Made by a program: the position numbers and the translations under genes. A stretch of DNA of 64,000 nucleotides, taken from assembly GCA_963721085.1 (NCBI GenBank), contig CAVRHW010000004.1:51744-115743 (forward strand), read 5' to 3'. Below the pieces are notes generated by a model, which searched no databases, was not told the origin of the DNA, and worked only from the letters and a program-made list of their open reading frames with translations. Shown here piece after piece: positions 1 to 9,272 of this stretch. The stretch's first letter is position 1. Each line of letters opens with the position of its first letter. Origin of the DNA: an uncultured Gammaproteobacteria bacterium (lineage in GTDB: Bacteria; Pseudomonadota; Gammaproteobacteria; SZUA-229).

Positions 1-382
1 AACATATGGGTTGTTACTGATACCAGTAACGAGCCACCTGCATGACTGCTCAAGCAAACGGCCTTGCTTTAAGGCGAGCAACGTCTATGCCAGTTTTTTT
101 GCGTGGCATTAAATGATAAAAAACATTACTTCTGTTCATTATTTATATAAAGACCAATAAAGTTTACAGATAAACAATTGTCGTTTACGCAAAAATATGG
201 CACATCCATACCTCCACAAGATAACAAATGAATAATGATCAATAAAAATATACTGTTATATATGTGCTTACAAAAAAACAGTGCGCCGAAAAAAATCCAG
301 AAAACGCTCTTTTAGTCATATTTAATAAAGTTACTTCACCAGCAACGATTATAAAATGGTGAATCAATATGAATAAAATAGA

Positions 383-1366
383 CTAGAACTGAACTGCCGC
401 AGAAACCGGTATATGCTGTAATAATCGCTTCAATATTGAACTATCAGCACCATCAAGGTGCGTCGTGGTACTCAATTCTCGACGCCAGTTGCGAGCGCCA
501 GGACATGCTGCAAACAGCCCATGAATATGGCGCGTCATTGAATGCAGTCGAGTACCACGTGACATTTCATCGTCAATATAATCGATCAACTTGATGATAA
601 CCTGTTCGCGACTGACAACAGGACTCTGGCTGGCATAGTAACGCTGGTCAACATCGGCGAGTAAATAAGGATTGTGGTATGCCTCGCGGCCAAGCATAAC
701 GCCATCAACCTGCTGCAGATGCAAAGCAATTTCATCCTGCGTTCTGACACCACCATTAATGGTAATCACCAGTGACGGATGCTCGGCCTTGAGCCGGTAC
801 ACATCCTCATATCGAAGCGGCGGGATTTCGCGGTTCTGTTTCGGACTCAATCCTTTTAGCCAGGCCTTGCGTGCGTGCACAATAAAATGATCGCAACCCG
901 CCGCGGCAACGGTTTCCACAAAATGTTCAAGACCAGAGTACTCATCCATATGGTCAATGCCGATACGGCATTTCACGGTAACCGGGATGCTCACCCGCGC
1001 CTTCATCGCAGCAACACATTCGGCCACCAGTTTCGGTTCAGCCATGAGACAGGCACCAAAGCGACCCGACTGCACACGATCGCTGGGGCAACCGATATTG
1101 AGATTTACTTCATCGAAGCCAAAATCCTCAGCAATTTGCGCGCATTCAGCCAGCTCAACCGGATCACTACCACCGAGCTGTAAAGCCAGTGGATGTTCAG
1201 CTGGATGAAATTTCAACAACTGCGCACGATCACCGTGCAGAACTGCACCTGTCGTTACCATCTCGGTATACAACAGCGTGTGCCGGCTTATAAGACGCAA
1301 AAAATAGCGCGCGTGACGATCGGTGTAGCCCATCATCGGCGCCACAGAAAGGGTTCTGGATAACAT
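383..1366 (-). CDS. dusA: tRNA-dihydrouridine synthase A
   Basis: 327-aa ORF with TIM-barrel Dus motifs (MMGYTDRHARYF, NLNIGCP, KCRIGID), typical of DusA. Confidence 0.85.
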   Translation of the reverse strand: MLSRTLSVAPMMGYTDRHARYFLRLISRHTLLYTEMVTTGAVLHGDRAQLLKFHPAEHPLALQLGGSDPVELAECAQIAEDFGFDEVNLNIGCPSDRVQSGRFGACLMAEPKLVAECVAAMKARVSIPVTVKCRIGIDHMDEYSGLEHFVETVAAAGCDHFIVHARKAWLKGLSPKQNREIPPLRYEDVYRLKAEHPSLVITINGGVRTQDEIALHLQQVDGVMLGREAYHNPYLLADVDQRYYASQSPVVSREQVIIKLIDYIDDEMSRGTRLHSMTRHIHGLFAACPGARNWRRELSTTTHLDGADSSILKRLLQHIPVSAAVQF

Positions 1367-1465
1367 GGCTCTATTTTATCAGCGTCAGGTCCCTGCTGCG
1401 CGCGGCATCAGAAACATTTACAACGGATTCGAGCTAATACGATTCCTTCCAGAATATTGATTACG

Positions 1466-1502
1466 CCAAAAAAAACAGCGACCAAAGTCGCTGTTTTTTT
1501 CA
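1466..1502 (-). terminator. Rho-independent terminator downstream of PEP-CTERM gene A
   Basis: Perfect hairpin ACAGCGAC-CAAA-GTCGCTGT flanked by an A-run and a T-run (aaaaaaaacagcgaccaaagtcgctgtttttttc); could act bidirectionally. Confidence 0.6.
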
Positions 1503-1521
1503 GAACTGAACCGTGTCGTAA

Positions 1522-2068
1522 TCAGGCGCGACGACGGGCAACTCCAACCAGTCCGATCAGACCGGTACCGAACAACCAGGCAGCAGCCGGAACTGGCACT
1601 GGAGCCAGCTGGACATCAACCAGGAAGGACGATGTCTCACCAGCAGGGAAGGACAGGGTAACCGTATTCGCCGGGACCTGCAACCGCAGCATTCTCATCA
1701 TCGGCATACCATGTGCTACCACCGTCTGTCGAAAAACCTACGATAAAGCTACTGGTGCTACCTAAACCAAGAGTATCCACCCCATTAGATGCACTCCAGC
1801 TGCCAGAATTGGTGAAACTAATGATGCCGCCATAATAAAATGGCGATGCTATAAGGTTCACATCCAGATTAGATGCGGAAGTGATGACTCCCCCTGCTAC
1901 AACCGCATCGCTATCATCAAAGACCGCGAGCTGGTAGCCACTGGGTACAAAAGATGTGTCAACTATAAAGTTAACATCACCATCGGTCGGAGCCAAAATC
2001 GTAGAAGCTGTAGCCACCGTTGCTGTTAGCGACAATGCTCCCGCGAGTACCAGGCTAGAAATTTTCAT
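1522..2068 (-). CDS. PEP-CTERM sorting-signal secreted protein (paralog A; reading frame broken near 1650-1700)
   Basis: N-terminal signal peptide (MKISSLVLAGALSLTATVATA). The C-terminal fragment is in another frame and ends VPVPAAAWLFGTGLIGLVGVARRRA, a PEP-CTERM motif. The two ORFs (1637..2068 and 1522..1722) overlap. Confidence 0.7.
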
Positions 2069-2681
2069 TACATTTTCTCCTAGATAAATTACATAACATT
2101 TACAAAGTCGCTACAAGCTAAACAGTGAAACAACCTTGAAACCTGAAAATTTTTACATTCACCAGTTCTAATACAATATTGATGCCAACATTTCGTCTAC
2201 AGACAAATCAACAGCTTACAAATTAGCCTATCCAGAAAAATTTCTAACTGTAAAAAAATCCAATTATTTTAAATTTTGACAAAAATCAGGGGGAAATATA
2301 ATTGTATATATTTCAACTAGATACAAAAATTCGGTAAAGGTTATTTTTATCTGGCATTTTCACTAAACAGCCTCGTATGCTGCAAAATATTATATTTTTA
2401 TTATATTTCAATAACTTATATATTTTTAACAATGTAATAAAATTCGACACATATCTTGCAGGATATCTGAAAATACTCTAACCCGACCTGAAAAATTCGA
2501 AGCCTGGAAGCACCACTGAAGAAGCCTGCCTAAAAAACTGGCAGGCTACGAGTCACAAATATACGACAGATTGATAAACCTGTCGGTGCCAGGCGTAACA
2601 TGCCGGGCCAGCCGACATACGCTATAGCCGCACTAATACAGCAGGCTGGCCCACAGCCGGGAAATAAACTTTTTTGCGCTC

Positions 2682-2716
2682 AAAAAAAACAACGGCCGAA
2701 GCCGTTGTTTTTTCAA
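2682..2716 (-). terminator. Rho-independent terminator downstream of PEP-CTERM gene B
   Basis: aaaaaaacAACGGCCGAAGCCGTTGttttttc, a perfect stem with flanking A/T runs; same design as the 1466..1502 terminator. Confidence 0.6.
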
Positions 2717-2732
2717 ACTCAGATGATCGAAA

Positions 2733-3264
2733 TTATACCCGGCGGCGAGCCACTCCAACCAGACCAAGTAAACCCGAGCCGAACAACCAGACAGCGGCTG
2801 GCACAGGAACCGGCGCCAGAACCACATCAACACTTAGAACTGTACCTGAAGAAGGCGTAAAAGATACGCTGTACGCGCTGCCATCAGCGTTCAATGCTGT
2901 CGCATTCGTGTCAGCAAGCCAGCTACTGCCATTGTACAGACCCAATATAAAATCAGGACTCGACTCCAAGGCCAATTGAAGCTAAGGACGTGGTATTTGT
3001 CGCTGTGTATGGACCAGGTCCCGGCGGGTTAGGAGAAAAGCTTACCGCTTCACCCGATGCCACATACAAAGGAGTGGTAAAGGTGGTATCGGCGCTGTCA
3101 AAAACACCCAGATTATAACCAGACGGTATACTCAGATAGAAGAAATCTGCTTCTTCATAGGTGCCATCGGGGTTCACCTGTGGTGCAAAAACCGTCGATG
3201 CCATCGCACTTGATGCCATAAGACTGGCGACAAGCGCCACAAACACATTTAGAATTTTCATCAT
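2733..3264 (-). CDS. PEP-CTERM sorting-signal secreted protein (paralog B; reading frame broken near 2955-2975)
   Basis: Signal peptide MMKILNVFVALVASLMASSAMA. The C-terminal fragment ends VPVPAAVWLFGSGLLGLVGVARRRV. The C-terminal ~35 aa are homologous to paralog A. Confidence 0.7.
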
Positions 3265-3675
3265 TTAGTCTCCATTTATTACCCGCTCGGTGCTTGAAAG
3301 CCCGGGGTAGTACGAAATTGCATTGCGGTATATATCCATACAAAAACAATGCCAAACACAAGGATACCAATAAATTCAATTAGTTATAAAACACATTCAG
3401 TCGCTCGATAAATTACTGTAAAGAAATCCAATTTTTTTACATCCTTCGATAGCCAGGTAAATGAATATAAATATGTATATATGAATCAATAAGATAATAA
3501 CCATATCAGGCTATGGTTGGCGGTCAGAACCATCGCTGGATCACCGTGTATTTCATGCCCAAATACATAATTTATTTATTTTCATGATGTTACGTGAAAT
3601 GCAAAGTGTAACTAAACTCGACACCATAGCCAGCATGGCTATCACAACGAATTCTGGCGAGTACCAGGGCCGAAC

Positions 3676-3707
3676 AAAAAAAGCCTGTCTGTAAACAGAC
3701 AGGCTCA
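3676..3707 (-). terminator. Intrinsic terminator oriented for a minus-strand transcript, inside an ~820-bp noncoding region
   Basis: AGCCTGTCTGT-AAA-CAGACAGGCT, a perfect 11-bp stem followed on the minus strand by TTTTTTT (plus-strand aaaaaaa at 3676-3682). Confidence 0.5.
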
Positions 3708-4086
3708 ATATGGTCTACACAAAGACCCGAACTTGGAGAGTAATAGAACTTAAAAAATGCACTTTCACCAGCAGGACGATTGCTAAAGACATCATTACTC
3801 GTCTTTAAGACGAACAAATCACGTCCAGAAACACAGCAAGTATTACTGATGGCTGAGACTTTATGCGCATCAGTGACATCACATAACTGGGTTACACCCG
3901 GAGTCATACCTGGGGTAAACCCTGGTTCGGATGCCCGCCTGGCTTAAGAATCGACATAATCGTAGAAACCAGAGCTGAGCGAGGTGAAGTTTTACTACCC
4001 TGAGAGCAGCCATCTGAAATAGTATGATGGCATCAGCATCCAGCCGATGCCCGAAGCTTAGCCCCCGGATCGAATATCGCAGCATC

Positions 4087-6452
4087 ATGCAAAAAATAAC
4101 CTACCTCATTTTCGCAACGCTACTGCTCGCAATATCTATACAGGAAAGCGCAGGCCAGGTGACAAAGACGACTGTCGATGTGCGCATTGGTGTGCTGGCG
4201 CATCGTGGCCGGACAGAAGCGATGAGTCGCTGGTCACTCACTGCTTCATATCTATCTGCACGAATCCCCGGCTACCATTTTGAAATTGTGCCACTGGATC
4301 TTAAAGGCATACGCAAAGCCACGCGTGATGATGAAATCCAGTTTACTCTGACCAACCCGGGAAACTATGCCGACCTGGAAACACGCTTTGGCATCTCGCG
4401 CATCGCTACCTTACAGACCGTTGCTGACAACAAGGTGCACGTACGTTTTGGCGCGGTCATCATTACCCGCGCAGATAATACTGCAATACAGACACTTGAA
4501 GACCTGCGCGGCAAAAGTTTTATGGCGGTCAGCGCCGATGCCTTCGGTGGTTTTCAGATGGCCTGGCGTGAACTCGCCGAACATGGCATTGATCCGTTCA
4601 ATGATTTGAGTGAACTGCGTTTCGCCGGATTCCCGCAGGATAAAATCGTCCTTGCGGTACAAAATGGTGTGGTTGACGCCGCCACAGTGCGTGCTGAAAC
4701 CTTTGCCAGCATGGTGGCTTCAGGTGCGGTCAAGGCCGCTGACTTTCGTATTCTAAACAGACAATTCAATTCTGACAGTCCCTTCCCTGTCAGTACTCGG
4801 CTTTACCCTGAATGGGCCTTTGCCACATTAAAAAACACACCGCGCGATCTGGCTACCAGCGTCACCCAGGCACTGCTCTCGATGCCAGATCATGATCCTG
4901 CTGCACTGGCGGCACACAGTGCGGGCTGGACGATTCCGCTGGATTATTCGCCCGTGACCGCGCTGATGCGTAGTCTCAAAATTGGACCTTTCGAATCCCT
5001 GCGTGAAACATCCTTGCTGGCTCTGATGCAGCGATATGCCTGGTGGCTGATCGCTGCGGCATTCACACTCGTATCGCTGATCGCACTGAATGGCTATATC
5101 ACCCGCACCAATCATCGCCTGCGCGAAGAAATCAGCCAGCGCGAAGCTTCACAGGAAGCATTGGCACGTTACCGCGACACGCTCGAAGAACAGGTGATGG
5201 AACGCACACAGGATTTGCGTCTCACCAACCAGGGGCTGGAAAAAAGCCGCGTTGCACTGCGCAAGCTGGTAGAGATCACCAGCGCACCCGATCTCAATCA
5301 TCAGCAACGGCTGCAACAATTGCTCGAAGCCGGGCGTAAATATTTCGATCTTGATCTTGCGGTTCTCGCCAGCATCGAAAGTGGTGAGCAAAAAATATGT
5401 ACGACATCGGGCAATCCGGCTCTGGTGCCTGAAATCAGCGGTCCCATCAACCAGCGCTGCTCAGCTTATCTGGTTCAGCATCCTGGCGAAGCACTCGATG
5501 TACCCGATGTTGACGAATATGCAGATGCGATAATGCCTGTCGCAATCAGGGCTGGCACAGCTATCTTGGCATTGGTGTTATGCTCGAAGGCAAAATTCAC
5601 TGCACACTTGAATTCGCCGGCACCAGAAAACGCATTGCCCATCTCAGTCAGTGGGACCACGAATTACTCAAAGTTATGGCGCAATGGATTGCGGACGAAC
5701 TTGAAAGACAGATGGCATTTGAATCACAACGTCGCCACGAAAGCGAATTTGCACGGGTCTCACGCATGAGCACCATCGGTGAAATGGCGGCCAGCCTGGC
5801 GCACGAATTAAACCAGCCATTAACCGGCACCATCAATTACAGCAACAGTTGTCTGCGCCTGCTCAGGGAGCCGCAACCTGATATCAATAAATTAACCCAG
5901 GGACTCGAGTATGCAGTGGAAGGCGCTACCATGGCCGCAGATATCATCCGCCATATTCGTCAGTTCGTACAAAAAGGCGAAGAACGCTATTGTGAAGTCG
6001 ATCTCAACCAGGCGGTGCAGAATGCCGCCGCGCTGGTCAGCCACGAAGTTCAGCGACACAATGTGGCGGTGACATTCAACCTTGAAAAAACACTTCCTCA
6101 TGTCGAAGGCAATCTGATCCAGATCGAGCAGGTGATTCTGAATTTCATTCTTAACAGTATCGAAGCCATGGACCGGGTACAAAAAAAACAACATCACCTG
6201 ATGATCAAAACCGAAACCATCGACACCGGTCGAGTACGGCTCGCAGTCATCGACAGTGGCGAGGGTATTCCTGATCATTCCCTGCCGAAGATATTCGATG
6301 CTTTTTTTAGCACCAAGACCAGAGGCATGGGCATTGGTCTGTCGATCAGTCGTTCTATTATAGAATCACACCAGGGACGCATCAGCGCCCGCACCCTGGA
6401 GCAGGGTGGTGCAGAATTCGCTTTTGAATTACCCGTCACGGTGGAGAGTTAA
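4087..6452 (+). CDS. Sensor histidine kinase with a periplasmic PhnD/SsuA-like solute-binding domain, TM, coiled coil, GAF-like region, HisKA and HATPase (one frameshift near 5590-5640)
   Basis: Signal peptide MQKITYLIFATLLLAIS. The periplasmic region resembles phosphonate/sulfonate-type binding proteins. TM segment WWLIAAAFTLVSLIALNGYI. H-box MAASLAHELNQPL. The ATPase G-box is in a second frame (5580..6452). Confidence 0.7.
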
Positions 6453-6455
6453 ACA

Positions 6456-7079
6456 ATGACCAGACCCGAGGATGCAGTATCAACGGTATACATCATTGAT
6501 GATGATCGTATGGCGCGTGATTCTCTTAAATGGCTGATCGAATCCGCCGGACTGCCGGTTGCCGTGTATGAAAGCGGGCTCACTTTTCTTGAGCAGGTCA
6601 ACGCCGCCATGATGGGCTGTATTCTGCTTGATGTACGTATGCCTGATATCAACGGCATGGAGCTGCATACCAAACTTCAGCAACGCGGTATTACCCTGCC
6701 CGTGATTCTTGTCACCGGCCATGCCGATGTGGCCATGGCGGTACGCGCGATGAAAGCCGGCGCCTATGATCTTATCGAAAAACCCTATAACGATGCGCTC
6801 ATGCTGGAACGTGTGCAGAGCGCGATCACTTACAACCAGGACCAGTACCGGGACCAGAAACGCATTACCGCGATCCAGGCCTGCGCCGAACAGCTCACAC
6901 CGCGTGAACACGAAGTCATGCGCTACGTGCTCAAAGCCACGCAGAACAAAATCATCGCAGCCGAACTCGGCATCAGCATCAAAACCGTGGAACTGCACCG
7001 CGCCAATCTGATGGCCAAAATGCAGGCCAGAACCTCGACCGAACTGGTTCGTCTCGCCATCATCGCAGGCCTGGACTAA
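6456..7079 (+). CDS. Response regulator, FixJ/LuxR family (REC plus LuxR HTH)
   Basis: TVYIIDDD...LLDVRMPDINGMEL receiver motifs; C-terminal KIIAAELGISIKTVELHRANLMAKM LuxR-type HTH; 4-bp gap after the kinase gene. Confidence 0.85.
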   Translation: MTRPEDAVSTVYIIDDDRMARDSLKWLIESAGLPVAVYESGLTFLEQVNAAMMGCILLDVRMPDINGMELHTKLQQRGITLPVILVTGHADVAMAVRAMKAGAYDLIEKPYNDALMLERVQSAITYNQDQYRDQKRITAIQACAEQLTPREHEVMRYVLKATQNKIIAAELGISIKTVELHRANLMAKMQARTSTELVRLAIIAGLD

Positions 7080-7227
7080 TCAGTTAATCCGGTTCTGCGC
7101 CTCATACGTTTTTATAAACCCGGGGTTTACCCCATATAACATTCGGGCTATACCGGATTATCTCATTGAATCAGCAGGCCTAGACTCCACCATTCAAAAA
7201 CCCTATTCAACAAGGCTGGAGTGATTT

Positions 7228-8223
7228 ATGAACATAATGTCTACTACCTGGGCCAGGCGTATTAGCTCGCTTGGACTGGCCGCCATTACTGCGCTGGCGA
7301 TACAGCCATCCGCATTCGCCGCTGCTGATGCCGGCCTCGGTCACGATTATCGGACCTATCTCGGCGACGGCAAAATTGCCTATGGCAAAATCGGCGACTC
7401 GTACACATCCGACCTGGTCATGTATCTGGCCGGTAACCAGTTCATGGTCATGAACGAGCTAATCGGTGACTTTCAGAAAAAAAATCCCGAGATCAAAAGT
7501 ATTTATGTCGAAACCATCCCGCCCGGCCAGATTCTTAAAGGCCAGATACTAAAACAGGGCAAGATCAATGGCATCAACACCGCACAGAACCCGGATCTGT
7601 TTGCCAGCGTCAATCTCGGCCATCTCAAAAAACTGAAGTCCAAAAGCATGATGGATGATTACATGATCTATGTGCATAACAAGCTGGAGCTGATGGTCGC
7701 GAAAGGCAATCCGAAAAACATTAAAGGGCCCAAAGATCTTGCGCGCGATGACCTGGTGCAGTCGCACCCCAATCCTCTGACCGAAGGCATTTTTAAATTT
7801 TATGGCTCGCAGATGCTGAAAGATCTCGGCCTGTATGAAAAAGTCACTGGCAATGCAAAATGCAAGAGCTGCTGGGCGATCAAGGACAAAACCTGGTTTA
7901 CTTCACGTCACCATCGTGAAACACCGTATCGCATAGAACAGGGGCAGGCCGATGTCGGTATTGTGTGGACCACCGAGATCATGCACGCCAAAGCAGATGG
8001 CCGCCCGATCGACGGTGTTGCCATTCCTGCGCCTTACAATATGGAACATAAGGTGGGTTACGCAATCGGTACTTTAAAATCCGCGCGCAACCCGGGCAAT
8101 GCCAGACGATTCATGGAATATCTAAGTAGCGCCGAAGCTCAGAATATCTATGCGTCATATGGTTTTGGCAAAGCTTCTGCCGAAGATTTGAAAATCAAAC
8201 CCATACCCAAAGCGAAAAAATAA
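7228..8223 (+). CDS. Periplasmic solute-binding protein, ModA-like (molybdate/tungstate-type PBP2 fold), orphan
   Basis: Signal peptide. The C-terminal half matches the ModA pattern (ADVGIVWTTE, VEYPVAV-like HKVGYAIG, FMEYLSSAEAQNIYASYGF). No ABC permease or ATPase is adjacent. SD GGAG precedes the ATG. Confidence 0.6.
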   Translation: MNIMSTTWARRISSLGLAAITALAIQPSAFAAADAGLGHDYRTYLGDGKIAYGKIGDSYTSDLVMYLAGNQFMVMNELIGDFQKKNPEIKSIYVETIPPGQILKGQILKQGKINGINTAQNPDLFASVNLGHLKKLKSKSMMDDYMIYVHNKLELMVAKGNPKNIKGPKDLARDDLVQSHPNPLTEGIFKFYGSQMLKDLGLYEKVTGNAKCKSCWAIKDKTWFTSRHHRETPYRIEQGQADVGIVWTTEIMHAKADGRPIDGVAIPAPYNMEHKVGYAIGTLKSARNPGNARRFMEYLSSAEAQNIYASYGFGKASAEDLKIKPIPKAKK

Positions 8224-8410
8224 AATACCGGTGCACCCTGCTGACACCTGATCTGGCGTCAGCAGGGACTGGCATCAAGTCCGAACAGGGCACTACTGAA
8301 CGCGACTCATATCCGACTACCCTCAGAACACTGCAACAACTGCCAGACAAAAACCCTGCCTCGGCAGGTTAATATAAGAACCTTTTATCGGTCTTATTCT
8401 CTGACATAGT

Positions 8411-9233
8411 ATGACAACAGGATCATCAAGCTCCGGCGCATCAGTACTGTACCTCCCTCACGGTGGCGGGCCATTGCCCCTGCTGGGCGATGAACAGCAC
8501 GCGGCTCTGACCGGGTTTCTGAAAACAATCACCAGAAATCTGCCTGAACCCGAAGCTATTTTAGTCATCAGCGCACACTGGGAAGCCGAAACCGCCAGTA
8601 TTACCAGCGCAGATCAGCCACCTCTGATTTTTGATTATTCCGGATTTCCGCCTGAATCGTATGACATTAAATACCCGGCGCGCGGGAGCACCAGAGCTGG
8701 CAAGCGAAATAGCCGAGCAGCTGGAAGCAAACAGCTTTCAGGCAACACTCAACGATAAACGCGGTTTTGATCACGGCATGTTTGTGCCCTTAAAACTGAT
8801 GTACCCTGATGCAAAGATCCCGTGTGTACAATTATCTTTACTCAAAGGGCTCGACCCCGCTGCACATATCGCTATGGGTAAAGCCCTCAGCGCTCTGTGC
8901 AAAAAAAATATACTGGTGATCGGTTCGGGCATGTCGTATCACAACATGAGAGGGTTTTTTACCAGTGATGCTGCCAGCCATCAGGCCAGTGAACATTTTA
9001 ACCAATGGCTGATCAGCACCTGTACTGCGGAAAGCATATCAGCAACACAAGGCGAACAAATGCTGATCGACTGGGAACATGCGCCATCGGCGCGGCTTTG
9101 TCATCCACGAGAAGAACATCTAATGCCGCTGCACGTTTGTTATGGCATGGCCAGCGCCACAATACCCAGAGCACAGCTTGTCTTTGATGGCCTTGTTATG
9201 AATAAAAAAGTGTGCGCGTTGCTCTGGCAATAA
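8411..9233 (+). CDS. ygiD: Class III extradiol dioxygenase, 4,5-DOPA-dioxygenase/YgiD-like (frameshift near 8675-8690)
   Basis: LYLPHGGGP, ISAHWE, FDYSGFPPESYDIKYP and GSGMSYHN match the LigB/YgiD family. Two overlapping ORFs meet at a gcgcgcggg run where one extra base breaks the frame. Confidence 0.65.
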
Positions 9234-9272
9234 CCCATGCAAACGGGTGTCAGGACCTGGCTTTTTAATCAA

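Noticed and set aside
3590-4088. ORFs 3590..3907(-) and 3879..4088(-) as protein-coding genes
   Set aside because: They run through a strong intrinsic terminator (3676-3707), have no Shine-Dalgarno sequence and no family resemblance. The region is more likely noncoding or an sRNA.
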